64,000 nucleotides of DNA from Octopus sinensis (Eukaryota). The notes under the pieces are model-generated. The model saw nothing but the letters and a program-made list of their open reading frames with translations, had not been told where the DNA came from and made no database searches. This document shows, piece after piece, positions 48,501-63,203 of this stretch; positions within the stretch are counted from its first letter, which is position 1, and every line of letters starts with the position of its first letter. The DNA is taken from contig NC_043005.1 in the NCBI RefSeq assembly GCF_006345805.1, positions 5,952,001 to 6,016,000 on the forward strand, read 5' to 3'. The position numbers and the translations under genes were made by a program.

Positions 48501-49739
48501 AGAAGTAAGATGGATTGTCACATAGAGAGCAATGTCTCTTTTTAATGTGATAGTTTCATATAATGTGTGATGTTCGTGTGTAATACATTGTTCTTCATGT
48601 CATGTGTAATGCTTCTCATGAAATGCATAAAATTCATGTGTAAATATTTCTCATCATGTAGCATGTAATTGTTTCTCAGGAGTATGTACTCTAAACCAAT
48701 ACATGCTCATCATTCTGTATGCAAACATATATCACACACACACACACCACACACACATCATCGTCATCGACATCATTGCTGCCATTGTGTGAATGTTCGC
48801 TTTCCCATGCTTGTATCTCTCAGACAGAATTCTTTGAGGCAGATTTTTTAAAAATCTGGTGCCCTTCCTGTCACCAATTGTCACCTGTTTCCAAGCAAGC
48901 TGTAGTATCTCCCTGAGGCTGGACATGGTTTCACAGAATATTGGAAATGCATGATTCTGCTGGTATGATGGAGGGGCTTGCTTACAACTGTCATGCAATG
49001 CCAAGATGATGGGGATAGAGAGAGAGAGAGGGAGAGGGAGAGGGGGGAGAGAGAGAGAAACACGCACACACACACAATTAGAGAGACCGCAAAAGCTTCT
49101 TTCAGGTTCCAACAACCAAGTCCACAAGGCTTTGGTCAGCCTGAGGCTGTAGTGAAAGACACTTGCCCAAGGTTCCACACAGTGGGACTGAACCCTTAAC
49201 TATGTGGCTAGGAAGCAAACTTCTAACCACGCAGCCATGCCTGAATATTTATCTGTGTGTGTATGAACTGAGCATGTATAATATTGGTATCTTATCGTGG
49301 GCCCAAGGCTACAAATTCACAAATAAACAAATACAGTGAATCTAGCCAACAACCTGTCCCTGCAGAATAAAAATCAAAGCCAGCCATGAGGAGAGTTTGA
49401 ACTCAGGATGTGGGAAATAGAAAGCATTAAACAAACTAAATACTGAGAGGTATTTAGTCTCTTCTTCTTCTTCTTCTTCTTCTTCCTCTCTCCCCATTAG
49501 CCTACACCCTGCTACCCACACAGAACAATACAGCAGGCCTCAGGTGCTCAAGTGCAGTATGAAAATAAAAACTGGTTTTAACTTTTCTTTAAAAACTCTT
49601 TCTTTTATGCTGTAAATACCATCAAGCAATTCCTAAATGTCAGAGCATTCTGGTTTGCTGTCTGCTTATAAAATGATACACCATAAACTTCATAGAGAAA
49701 AAAGAATACAGTTCAGTCTTTATATGATATGATGTGTGT

Positions 49740-49762
49740 GTGTGTGCACAGTATGTACAGTA

Positions 49763-49793
<31 letters not shown>

Positions 49794-50540
49794 ATGAATA
49801 TGTATGCTTGTATGTATAGTATGTATATGTGTGTGTATAGTATCTATATGTATATATATATATGTGTGTGTGTATGAATATGTATGCTTCTGTGTGTAGT
49901 ATGTATATGTGTGTGTATAGTATCTATATGTATGTATGTGTGTGTGTATGAATATGTGTGCTTGTATGTACAGTATGTATATGTGTGTGTGTATAGTATC
50001 TATATGTATGTATATATGTGTGTGTGTGTATGAATATGTATGCTTGTATGTATAGTATGTATATGTGTGTGTGTATAGTATCTATATGTATGTATATATA
50101 TATATATGTGTGTGTATGTGTGTGTATGAATATGTATACTTGTATGTATAGTATTTATATGTGTGTGTATAGTATCTATATGTATGTATATATATATATA
50201 TATGTGTGTGTATGTGTGTGTATGAATATGTATACTTGTATGTATAGTATTTATATGTGTGTGTATAGTATCTATATGTATATATATGCGTGTGTATGAA
50301 TATGTATGCTTGTATGTATAGTATGTATATGTGTGTGTGTGTATAGTATCTATATGTATGTATATGTGTGAGTGTGTGTGTGTGTGTATGTATATATATG
50401 ATTGTATGTATAGTATGTATATGTGTGTGTTATAGTATCTAATAGTATGTATATGTGTGTGTATGAATATGTATGCTTCTGTGTGTAGTATGTATATGTA
50501 TGTATATTTGTTTGAATATGTATGTGTGTGTGTGTGTGTA
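49740..50540. repeat. ~65-bp compound TA/TG minisatellite
   Basis: About ten copies of tgtgtgtatgaatatgtatgcttgtatgtatagtatgtatatgtgtgtgtatagtatctatatgta. Confidence 0.9.
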
Positions 50541-51501
50541 TCTGTGTCTGTATGTTATAACTTATATGTATATATTTATAATAGTATTTGTATCTTATAT
50601 TCACAATTTATCTAAATAATTATAGGTCTTCACATTTTATAGTCATAACTTAGCTATCTCTTTATATATAAATATATGTGCGTGTGTGTGTATACAATTG
50701 TGTATGTGTGTGTGTATACGTTTGTGTATGTGTGTGTGTGTATGTTTGTGTGTGTGTATACGATTGTGTATGTGTGTGTGTGTATGTTTGTGTGCGTGTG
50801 TGTGTATATATATAATGTATATATATAATGTATATATAAGTTATCATAGTTCTTTATATTAGTTTATCTATCTATTATATTATAATTCTTAATATCTTAT
50901 TTTCACAATTTATCTCTCTATATATTTTCATATCTACCTACCCACCATCCACTTTCCTTCCTTCCTTCCTTTACTTTTTATATAAAACTGACTGTATGTG
51001 TATTGTGAGTTAAAAAGCCACATTACAGCACTTAGAAATTTTTTATACAGCCACATTTTTTCCCCCAAGGTGAAGGTCATATACTAAATAATTTCTTCTG
51101 AAATTTGTTGCTTTTTTTTTATTAATTTCTCAAGATAAAAACTGAAAATATTATTATATATTCACTGAGCATTGCAACAGACAATGGAAAAGTCACTGAT
51201 TAGAAAAACTATTCACTTAGAGAATAATAATTATGGAAATTAATACAGATTTTTTCTTTTTGCTTTGTTAAAAAGAGCATGTTTACACTGAAAGTTTCAA
51301 AGCTAAAATTGTATTGTAGATTCTCTGCTTTTTATTATTTTCTATGATTTCAATATACAGACATGTTTTTTCACACTCATTATGTAATTATGAAATGGAG
51401 TTTCAAAGCTATATTCTTTGTATGTGAGATATCATGCACTATATGTGTGTGTGTGTTTCTGTACACACATACATAAAAAAAACATACACACACACTGATA
51501 T

Positions 51502-51678
51502 TATGGAGATGTACTTGCATAGCAAGTGACCTGATCTGAGATCATGTGCTGAAGCAAAAGCAGTTGCAGCATGGAAGATGTTTATAAGCCATTTAAAAAC
51601 ACACAAAAATTTAAATGTTGAAGTGAATCTAATGGTTTTTTTGTGTTTTTAAATGGCTTATAAACACCTTTCATGCTG
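51502..51678. mobile_element. Second fold-back copy of the 16521 family
   Basis: Same 5' segment (ggagatgtacttgcatagcaagtgac) and inverted arms, but a different fold-back junction. Confidence 0.85.
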
Positions 51679-51746
51679 TATATATATATATATATATATA
51701 TATAAGCAAATACATACACACATATCATATACATATGTATAATATA

Positions 51747-52415
51747 TGAGGTCTGATCAATAAGTATCCGAACATTTGCCATAGTAACAAAGCTAAAGCA
51801 TGCAGAGTGAAGCCACTTGGCACAGATTGATCTTGAACTCTACTGTGCATGCACACTAAATTTTAACATTCTAGCTCACCTCCACTGTTTACAGCAGTGC
51901 TTGGAAGGTAGGTGTGTAGTGTGTGAGCGTCACATTGACCTTGACAGAGAAAGTTGTTGTGGTGATATCTACTCAGAGGTCTACACAAAACTGCAGAAAG
52001 TGTATGGAGAGGCGTGTATGAACCTCACACAAGTGTATGAGTGGTTCAGACGTTTCCAAGATGGCTGAGAAAATGTCAATATTCACGAAAGTTCTGGGAG
52101 ACCTGCAACCAGCAGAACTAAGTGAAACATCACAGATGTGAGAGGAAATCACCAAATCACCATCCCTGACTTATCAGAGAATGTGCAGATTAGTTACGGT
52201 TCAGTTCAGTCCATTATCACTAGAAATTTGGGTATGAGATGCATGTCTGCCAAGTTTGTGCCAAAACTGTTTTCAGCTGATCAAAAAGACACTTGGGTTT
52301 CAGTTGCACAAGATCTTGATTGTCTTGAGAACGGTGAAAACTTTTTGAAAACTTGGTGTAGGCAAAATTTGATGCAGATTCTCTGCTCAACTTTCTTTCC
52401 AAGCACTGCTGTAAA
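51747..52415 (+). mobile_element. Mariner fragment (5' TIR plus N-terminal transposase), internally deleted
   Basis: TA|tgaggtctgatcaataagtatccg; EVYTKLQKVYGEACMNLTQVYEWFRRFQDG*...SGRP...ITIPDLSENVQISYGSVQSIITRNLGMRCMSAKFVPKLFSADQK. A 19-bp inverted repeat pairs 51888-51906 with 52397-52415. Confidence 0.85.
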
Positions 52416-52575
52416 TGAATAAGCCTCACCTTTCATCTAGTTGTCACATCTTGAATGTGCTGCTGGGCAAAGGTGACTCAGACCCCCAACAGTGTATGTC
52501 TGTCAGCTCATGACTACAGAAATACATAGAACAAATGAGTGAAACCTTAGTACAAGCCATTAGGCCATGCTCAGT

Positions 52576-52613
<38 letters not shown>

Positions 52614-53144
52614 TAAGACGTTTACTTTCCAACCACATGGTTCTGAGTTGAGTCCCACTGTGTGGAACTTTGAGCTGAGCAAAGCCTTGTGAGTGGATTT
52701 GGTAGACAGAAAACTGAAAGAAGCCTTTCATGTGAGTATGTGTGTGTGTGTGTGTCTTTGTTTCTCCTCAACCACAACTTGACAACCGGTGTTGGTGCGT
52801 TTACATCCCCATCACTTAGCAGATTGGCAAAAGCAACCAATAGAATAAGCACCAGGCTTAAAAATCAAATACTGAGATCAATTTGTTTGACTGAAATTCT
52901 TCAAGGCAGTGCCTCAGTATGGCAGTGCCCCAGCATAGCAGTGCCCCAGAATGGCAGTGCTCCAGCATGGCACTGCCCAGCATGGCTGCAGCCTAATGAC
53001 TGCAACAAATAAAAGAGTTAAAGAATATATAAAGGAAGCTGTTGGGGAGGCAACTCTTGTAAGAGAAAGATACTCTGACATAAAACTTGCAATCGAAGTA
53101 GTCCCAGTGACCTTGCAATGCTTGTCACTGGAACATTCTACAGC

Positions 53145-53149
<5 letters not shown>

Positions 53150-53235
<86 letters not shown>
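53150..53235. repeat. (AG)n microsatellite
   Basis: Seen directly. Confidence 0.95.
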
Positions 53236-53237
<2 letters not shown>

Positions 53238-53616
53238 GCAAAAGTGTCGTAAAGGCTTTTGTCACTTAAATCTAACAACATAAAAGTATTGCATTATCAT
53301 TTCTAAATGTGAGACTCAGTTGTCATCTGAGAAGAAGATGCAATCATCATCATCATCATATATATTTATATATATATCCTAATATAATAATGAGCATAGT
53401 GTTTTGATATATCATCATCATCATTTAGCGTCTGCTTTCCATGCTAGCATGGGTTGGACGGTTCAACTGGGGTCTGTGAAGCCAGAAGGCTGCATCAGGC
53501 CCAGTCTGATCTGGCAGTGTTTCTACGGCTGGATGCCCTTCCTAATGCCAACCACTCCATGAGTGTAGTGGGTGCTTTTTACGTGCCACCCGCACATATA
53601 TACAAATATATATATT

Positions 53617-53675
<59 letters not shown>

Positions 53676-54188
53676 CTAAAATCACAGAGTAGGAGTAGGT
53701 GAAAGAGCAGTATAAGAGAAGGGAGAGGAGAGAAAATAGTAATTCAGTGAAGGAGAAGTAGTGAGAGTAATAGCCATGACAGAGAGAGTGAGAGAAAGTA
53801 ATAGCAATGAGTGAAAGGAAGTGGCAAAGAGTGTGTTGTGTGTCTTCTGTTTTTCTCCGTCACAACATATGAATGAGAAAGGAAGGGGTGATAAATGATT
53901 GACGAAGGGGACGAAGGGGACGAAGGGGATGAAAAAAACCAGCATTTCAACTCTGAATATATATGTGTGTGTGTGTGTGAATGTTTGTATCTGTGATTAT
54001 TATGTACCTTATTTTATACCTTATTTATATATAAAATACAATTAGCTGTCATTTTTGATGGCGCAAGATCAGTTAGTAATTAATAATGACTAAAATGAAA
54101 CATCTTTAAATTTCATTTCCAAGTGGTGCTATTAAGTTAGACATGGTCTGAGCCAATGCTGGCCAAAACTTATCTAAGTGTGTGTGTG

Positions 54189-54222
<34 letters not shown>

Positions 54223-56099
54223 TATTATACACATTATGTGGTGAGCTGGCAGAAACGTTAGCACGCCGGACGAAATGCATAGCGGTGTTTCATCTGCCAC
54301 TACGTTCTGAGTTCTAATTCCACCGAGGTCGACTTTGCCTTTCATCCTTTCGGGGTTGATTAAATAAGTACCAGTTACGCACTGGGGTCAATACAATCAA
54401 CTTAATCCTTCTGTCTGTCCTTGTTTGTCCTCTCTGTTTTTAGCTTCTTGTGGGTAGTAAAGAAATACATATTATACACATTATATGTGTGTGTGTGTGT
54501 GTGTGTGTGTAGAAGAGACAAAATCAGCAGTGACCACGATCATGTCATGAGCAGCTACTATGCTCCACTGTTACCAAACTGGTTGTGTTGAAAGGGTTCC
54601 AGGTGGAAATGTTGTCATGTAGGTAATGTGTCAGCATTCAGTTAGCAGGGATGTGTGGATGTGAGGGGGAGGGGGACATGTTCTTAGGCAAACAGACACA
54701 AATGAAATCCTGTACCTCCCTAAAGGCAATATTTGCATGGAAATTTCAAGTAAGAGGAACCAAATATAGACGTTAGATTAAAGTCTCTTTCATCTTTGCA
54801 ATCATGGAATCACGTTTATTGGTTCTTAATTCTACCTTCTATGGATTTAGTTAGCAGCAGCAGCGGTGGTGGTGGTATTTGCAGAATCGTTAGCACGCCG
54901 GGCGAAATGCTTATCGGTATTTCGTCTGCCGTTACGTTGGGAGTTCAAATTCCGCCGAGGTCGACTTTGCCTTTCATCCTTTTGGGGTCGATAAATTAAG
55001 TACCAGTTATGCACTGGGGTCGATGTAATCGACTTAATACCTATGTCTGTCCTTGTTTGTCCCCTCTGTGTTTAGCCCCTTGTGGGTAATAAAGAAATAG
55101 GTATTTGTAGTAGCTGATGGCAGTAGAGAGGATCATGTGGTGGAGGGGGTAGAGGTGATCCATGTCAATCCAATAGACTTATGCTCGAAGACATTCCGTC
55201 TTTGACCATCCTGACATTTTTTGCTTTGTCTAAGTATAAAGTACCTAGGACTGCATCAGCATTTTTGTTTTATTTTACCAACATCAGTAAGATGTAATTT
55301 GAGGAACATCTCACTGTTTTCTCTATCAAGTCAAGCAATAATTACAAAATGGGTCCATCACTGGGGGTCACTTCATCTCACAACTACATCGAAGCTCTCC
55401 CTCTTTCTTGTGATGTGGTTCAATTTTCTGATCAACGAAATAAAGTGTCTCCTAGCCTTGACGTTGTGTGGTGAAGGCATGTTGCTTAGTGGTTCAGGTA
55501 TTTGGCTCGTGGTTGTAAGGTTATGAGTTTGATTCCTGGTGGAGTGTTGTGTCCTTAAGCAAGACACTTTATTTCACGTTGTTCCATTCCACTCAGCTGG
55601 CAAAAATGAGTTGTATCTGTACTTCAAAGGGCCAGCCTTGTCACATTCTGAGTTTTAGAGTATGCATGTCTGTGGAGTCCTCAGCCACTTGCACATAAAT
55701 TTCACAAGCAGGTCTGTTCAATTGATCAGATCATTGTAACTAATGGAGTGCCAGTTAACATTGTGTAATAGTTGTAAATGAGTGTCACTGTCATACAAGC
55801 AGTGTCATTCATTTCCAGTATTTTGCAGAAACATGTCTGCTCAGGTTAGGGTTGGTGACTGGAAGAGCATTCAGCTACAGAAAATCTGCTTCAATAAACT
55901 CCATCCGATGCTGGCAATCATAAAAAAATTGATGTTAAACACAATGCTGATGATGATACTATTTATTCTCTGTTAGCAGAGAATAACTAAGATTACAAAA
56001 AACTGATCTTAGTCTTTGCATGTTTTTCCAACTTCCACATGAAACAAGGTCATCATGCCATTTTATTTTTAACCTCTTATTATTTCTGTTCTTTTTCAG

Positions 56100-56283
56100 A
56101 GGAATATAAACATTGACACAATCAGCCAACCAGTAAATCGATCAATCACAACATAAATAATGTATAAACAAGGAAATTTCTAGGGGAGAAAATCATTGAA
56201 TTTTACCTGTGAAACGCACACCAAAATTTTTCAAAGAAAAATAAAAAATAAAAATCTCTGACACAGCCAGAAATATGTCTGAA
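56100..56283 (+). CDS. Probable start-codon exon of a plus-strand gene (A-rich 5'UTR, then ATG TCT GAA; CDS 56275-56283, Met-Ser-Glu)
   Basis: Long T-rich tract ending ctttttcag| at 56099 and donor GAA|GTAAGT at 56284. A uORF MYKQGNF* lies at 56160-56183. The rest of the gene was not found in the window. Confidence 0.55.
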
Positions 56284-56657
56284 GTAAGTGTTCCTTCATT
56301 GTCTACATATTTTACTCTGCAGCCATTTGGTTTTAAAACTCTTCTCAACCTACTTTATGGTGTGGCATGTTTTCCCTCCTTGCTCAGATATCGTCTTTGT
56401 GTGTGTGTGTTTCTGTTTTTGATTTTAATGTGTTTAGGTATTTCATGCAAAGTCTGATGACATTGTTCTTTCTCCTCACCTTCTCTCCCTCTCTCTGTCT
56501 CCCTCCTTCTTTATCCATGTTTCTCTGTTTTTGTTCTGGCCCTCTCCTCTCTTCTTTTTCTGTAGTTTTCTGTTTCTATGGTATACACATGCTCTCACAT
56601 GTATATATTGGTTTATGTCCATATCTGTGTGCATGGGTGTGTATGTTTGTGTGTGTG

Positions 56658-56701
<44 letters not shown>

Positions 56702-56763
56702 CGTGAGTGTCAACTTTTTAGTACAACTTTTTTTGCTTTCTCTATGAGCATAATTTATATATA

Positions 56764-56812
<49 letters not shown>

Positions 56813-56914
56813 ATATGCATGTATTACACACACATACATATATGTATATATATATATGTGTGTATATATATGTAAATATATATGTGTATATATACATATA
56901 TGTATATGTATATG

Positions 56915-56959
<45 letters not shown>

Positions 56960-57599
56960 ATATATATATATATGTATATATATGTATATATATATATATG
57001 TATGTACATATATATGTATATATATGTATATAAATATATATGTATGTATTTATATATATATGTGTATATATATGTATATGTATATGTGTGTGGGTGTGCG
57101 TGTGTACCTATACATATTTATATACAAATGTACATAAGCACATCTACACACACACACGTGCGCACGCGAAGTACATATATTATTACAGTCGGCAATTTGG
57201 CGGCAGGTTTTTATCTTTGAGAAGATAAATGTTCCACAACCCACGTTATTACCTAAGCCATCATTAGTAATGAAACCCGCAATAGGAAGTCCTTAGGACA
57301 TTTTACTGCAACAAGGAGGAATACTTGTGGTGTCTGTGGAACATCTCATTAGCAACAGAACTCAAAATATTCTCTGGAAAACAAAGAAACGAAGCTGAAA
57401 AATAAAAATCAATTATGATAAAATAAATTATTGATTATCTTTTGTATAGGCACACACACACACACACATACACACACACGCACATACACACACACACACA
57501 TACACACACACACACATACACACACACACACATACACACACACACACATACACACACACGCACATACTCACAAATATACACACATGAATACACATGCAT

Positions 57600-57860
57600 A
57601 AACACACACATCTACATACATATATACTCCTGCATTCCCTTCTCACTTCCTCTCACCCTCGCTCTTCACTTCCTCCAACACTCTCTCCTTTCCAGCTCTC
57701 TCTCTCTCCTTACTCCAGCAACCTCTTCTCATTTCCTCCAGCATTCTCTGCTCTCCACCTCCAGCACTCTCCTCTACTTCTAGCACTCTCTGCTCTCCAG
57801 TATTCTCTGCTCTCCAGCACTCTCTGCTCTCCAACACTCTCTCCTCCTTTCCTCTAGCAT
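57600..57860. repeat. Pyrimidine-rich ~19-bp tandem repeat
   Basis: ctccagca(c/t)tctctgct-like units. Confidence 0.8.
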
Positions 57861-58504
57861 TCTCTTTGTCTCTCCATTATTTTCCTATCCACCAAATGTC
57901 TAATATTTCCAGAGGTTCAATACCCACTGATGCCAAACACCTCCAATTGTATTGTATCAATAATTTTTCTTGACTCTTTCAAATTCCAACACCCTGTCCA
58001 AAATTCATTCCAAGCTCTGTAAACTCTTTCAGTTTTCACTGATTGATTTGCAATCATCATGAACTTTTCCAACATTTGTGAAACTCTTCACATAGACTGT
58101 GAACCTCTCACATTTGTCTCAAACTTTTCCCATCCACACTAATCCATTCAAACACCCTAAATTCTAGCCACTATCGCGAAACCCTCTCAATTGACAAGAA
58201 CTCATCTTAATGCCTTTGAGCATTGACTTAACACTGCAAATTCTGACCAAACATTGCAAAACCCTTTCCAAAGTTTGAGAACTCTGTCCATAACATTTCC
58301 AAACTCCTTTCCTTACACAAATTCCTTCTTATAACTCCTCTCTCCCCAAACTTATCCTAAACAAACTGACTCATCACAAAATATCCTCAGCAATCGCATG
58401 CTTGTCTCACTCTTCATACAGACTGCATCGTTTACTTGCAGCTCATTACATCAGCACTTCCAGGCTTCTTGACAAGTATTGATCTGTTGTAGACTTTTTG
58501 TAAG

Positions 58505-58890
58505 GCGGAGGAGTGGCTGTGTGGTAAGTAGCTTGCTTACGAACCACATGATTCCGAGTTCAGTCCCACTGTGTGACACCTTGGACAAATGTCTTCTACT
58601 ATAGCCTCAGGCTGACCAAAGCCTTGTGAGTGGATTTGGTAGACGGTAACTGAAAGAAGCCCGTTGTATATATATGTGTGTATTTGTTTGTGTGTCTGTG
58701 TTTGTACCCCCAACATCGCTTGACAATCGATGCTGGTGTGTTTACGTCCCCATAACTTAGCGGTTTGGCAAAAGAGACCGATAGAATAAGTACTGGGCTT
58801 ACAAAGAATAAGTCCTGGGGTTGATTTGCTCGACTAAAGGCAGTGCTCCAGCATGGTCACTGTTACATGACTGAAGCAAGTAAAAGAGTA
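58505..58890 (+). mobile_element. Full-length CORE-like SINE (reference copy for the family in this window)
   Basis: ggagtggctgtgtggtaagtagc head, gttcagtcccactg B box, accttggacaaatgtctt block, tail ending gactgaagcaagtaaaag. Confidence 0.9.
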
Positions 58891-59822
58891 AATGGATCAT
58901 TCATATGGTGTTGTTTGTTTTCAGTTCTCCAAATAAACCTCTCCATATTGTTCATTGCTCAATAGACTGGGGGAGGGGGTATTACTACTTCATTTGGAAA
59001 CAAGTGGTGGGGTTAGCATCAGGAAGAGCATCCAGCTGTAGAGACTCTGCTCCAGTGTAGTCTTGTTTGACACATGCAGGCATGGAAGAAAGTATTTTAA
59101 AACGAATAATAAGATGGAGATGATGGGGATGTGTCCAGTAAGTTTGAGGGTCCAGGACCTTCAAAAGACCCAACAGCTACACTCATCTTGAACTTGCAAG
59201 CTTCTCTAAAATCCAGTATTGGCTTTGAGAGCTTATATGTGACTACTTGACTCCCTAGAAAGAGTAGTCAAATCAAATGACATCCTTCTAAATTAAAAAT
59301 AAGAAAAGACATATTAGGTAATGTAGTTCAGGGTCAACAGTAAACTGTGAAAAGATGGGATGGCCATGGAAAGAATACTTTTGATCAAAGATCCACTCAA
59401 TGAGAGTCTGCCTGGTGCTAAACAACAATAGCAAAGTGTCCAATCACGAGCCCAACAGGAGAGTATCTATGTGGTCTCTTGATTTGCTAGAAATAGCACC
59501 CAGACGGTCATGGCTAGAAATATCTTTGATTATTGAGTCCACTCAATCAGAGTAATCCTAGGGCTAAATAGCTGTAGCAACAACAACGACAAGATAGAAC
59601 TGAAAAACAAATAGACCCCACCTTCTTGACAACCTGAAGACAGTAAATAAACCCCAAGTCATTTGGCTGCTTGCCCCTCCCTCTCCCCCCTCCTCTCCAA
59701 ATAGACTCTTCCTGAATGTTTGTTCTTTAAATTATGGCAGAAATACTACAGCAAGGTGGTGTTAACCAAACACACAGGTGACATCAAATACTTTGAATAA
59801 TCTCAGTCCCCCCTCTCCCTTA

Positions 59823-59862
<40 letters not shown>

Positions 59863-60082
59863 GGACATGTATATATGTATATATATGTTGTGGTGGTGGT
59901 GGTGGTGCTGCTGCTTTTTATCTCGTTAATTAACGAACATTCCCCTCTTGCACCTTGCCAACAACTTGAGGAGCAGGAAAAAGAAAGAAAATGAAAAAGA
60001 GGGGAAAACAGATTGCAGAAAAGTTTAGAAGACAACTGGAAAACCACCTCCTCCTACCACCACCACCACCACCACCACCACC

Positions 60083-60117
<35 letters not shown>

Positions 60118-60185
60118 AGACCAACATAAAATTGCCTCACCCCCAAAGGTGAAATAAAACTGATGGTGCATGTATGTATGCTTGA

Positions 60186-60222
<37 letters not shown>

Positions 60223-60914
60223 CTTGAGTGTGTGTGTGTGTGTGTCTATACACACATGAACATATTTACATATTTTACATAATGCAAACTATACACTCAT
60301 GCATCTTCTGTGTATGTGTGTATGCTTGTGTATATGTAATTGTGTGTACACGTGCATATGCTTATGTATTCAAATCTGTGTGTGTATGTGTGTGTTCATG
60401 TGAATATATAGAGATGCAATATGACCAAACAGTTAAGAAGTTTACTTTGTAATTACAAGGTCCCAGGTTCAATCCAACTACATAGCATCTCGGACAAATG
60501 TCATTTTCTATGGCCTCTGCTCAACCCATGCCTTATAAGGGAAATTGCATTGATGGAAACTGTATGGAATCCTGTTGGATTGTATCTATAATTTAGAAAG
60601 TACTCCCTGAAACTTGGGTGTATGGCCCCTACATCCTCCTCATCCCATCTCTCTATCCCATCTCCCCTCAGTTGAGGGGTCTTGTCCTGCAAGTCACTTG
60701 CTGACCTCACTCACCTTTACCAGAGCCACGTAAAAAGCACCCAGTACCCTCTATAAAGTTGTTGGCATTTGAAAAGGGCAGCCGCTTGTAGAAACCATGC
60801 CCAAACAGACAGCAGGCATTGATGCAGTCTTCTCACTTCACAGTTCCTGTCAAACCGTCCTGCCCATGCCAGCATGGAAAATGGATGTTAAATGATATAA
60901 AAAAAAAATAAATG

Positions 60915-61160
60915 TTCCTTCTCGAGCCATGCCAGGCTCATAAGGGCCGGTTTCCCGATTTCAGTGGCGTAGAAATTCCCCACCTGGACGGGACGCCAGT
61001 CCGTCGCAGGATTACTCATTTTGGCCAGCTGAGTGAACAGGAGCAACATGAAAATGAAGTGTTCTGCTCAAGAAGACAACGCGTTGCCCGGTCCAGGAAT
61101 CGAAACCACAACCATACGATCATGAGTTCAACACACTAACCATTAAGCCACGCACCTCCA
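60915..61160 (-). mobile_element. tRNA-derived SINE
   Basis: Reverse complement of the 4371 family. Confidence 0.85.
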
Positions 61161-61291
61161 CATGTTAAATGATGATGATGGGTCACACTGATTTTATTTG
61201 AGAATTACATGAAGAGTACACGTCTTTGGAATACTCAACCAACTGCTTGTTAAATCCTCATCGTTGAACAATGGAGATCCACCACCACCAC

Positions 61292-61334
<43 letters not shown>

Positions 61335-62262
61335 TGCTCTAATTTAGAGTTAAGAGTCTGTTAGAAATGATTATGCAATTTAAAGAAGTTTCTTTTCATT
61401 TGAATTAAAAAGAAATCAATTAAACCTTAGCCCTCTACTTTAAAATGGATGAATTGCAGTTAATTACAATTTTGGTATATTTTCTCTTTTCTATTTTTTT
61501 TCATTTGCATTAAGATTATTTTAAGGGTACTCAACCATTAGAATGTTAATTCAGGGGCAGGTAATTCAGTTAATCAGGCCATTGAATTCTCATCTTCAAA
61601 CAACGGATATCCACCACGGATATCTGAATATGAATACTGATGTGTGCGTGTTTGGGTATGTGTATGCATTCATGTATGCTTGCATATGGAGATCTGTTTG
61701 CATATGTGTATGCATGTGAACATGTATGTACGTACACACACACACACACACATGCACACGCACACACACACACACGCACACACACACACACACACACACT
61801 CACACACAGGTGTGGGCATGGCTGTGTGGTTAAGAAGCTTGTTTCCCAGTCATAAAGTCTCGGTTTCAGTCCCACTGCAAAGCACCTTGGGCAAATGACT
61901 TCTACTAAAGGGCATCCAGCTGTAGAAATCTAGCCCAAGTCAAATTGGAGCCTGGTACAGCTCTCCAGCTTACCATTTCCATTGAAACCATCCAACCCAT
62001 GCCAGCATGGAAAACGGACACTAAATGATGATGATGATTATATATATAAACTCTCTCCCTCTCTCTTTTTCTCTCTTCCTCCCTCTCTCTCTTCCTCCCT
62101 CTCCCTCCCTGCCTCCTCTCTCTTACATCTTACCCTAACCCTAACTCCACCTCTTGGGCAAAGATGCTTTAGATTTGGTTGGAAAGTGGGATGGTAACGA
62201 GCCTCTTTATAAAGGACAGCATTTTGGTACACACACACACACACACATGCATCTGTGCATTT

Positions 62263-62297
<35 letters not shown>

Positions 62298-63111
62298 TGC
62301 ACACATATCTATAGTTGTACTTGTATTTATACAGATAAACATAGCTGTACACACAAGAAAATTGGCAAAGTTGCTAGAGAGGCAGACAGAATGCTTTGTG
62401 GTATTTGTTCTGATTCTCTATACTCCAAGTTCAAATCCCACTAATGTTAGCTTAACACTTTCACCCTTTCAGGGTAGATAAAAAAGGGTACCACTCCAAC
62501 AGAGTGGATTGGCAAAACTGTATGAATATCAGACCAGATGCCTTGTGGTATTTGTTCTGGATCTTCTGTTCTTAGTTCAGGTCCTGCTTTGGCCTACTTG
62601 GTGGGATCAACTCAATCCATAACCTGATTTAACATAACCACCTGGCCCTTTGCATGCTTTGGCAGGGTCCACTCTGATGCACGACGCATTCAGAACAGGT
62701 CTCTGGTTTGAAAGTATCCTCCCTCTCCCCCTTCAATAGTCTGGGATGCCTTGTAAAGGGTCATCGGCATGGCTATCTCTTCTGATTTAAAGATAATACA
62801 GACACGCACACACAAATGTGTGTGAGCATGTGTAAGATTATTGAAGATTAAAAAATGCACTTTGGATGCTACCACAGGATATGCTATTTATATACACATA
62901 CACACACATATACATACGTGTGTGTGTGTGTGTGTATAATTTGTATGTACATACATAGACCTATGTAAGTGTATGTCTGTGGGTGGTAGGGTGTCTGCTA
63001 AGCTCACAACATAACCAGTTATTTTAATGCCTTCTGTGTTGATTTGTTACCCTTTTCTGCTACCATACCATACACCAGTTTTTGCCTCTGTCTCATTAGA
63101 TAGACAGGCAA

Positions 63112-63118
63112 ACACACA

Positions 63119-63202
<84 letters not shown>

Positions 63203-63203
63203 C
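63112..63203. repeat. (AC)n microsatellite
   Basis: Seen directly. Confidence 0.95.

Noticed and set aside
62757-62785. gggtcatcggcatggctatctc, resembling the 5' end of the HDV antigenomic ribozyme
   Set aside because: No downstream P1 or P2 complementary strands; chance similarity.
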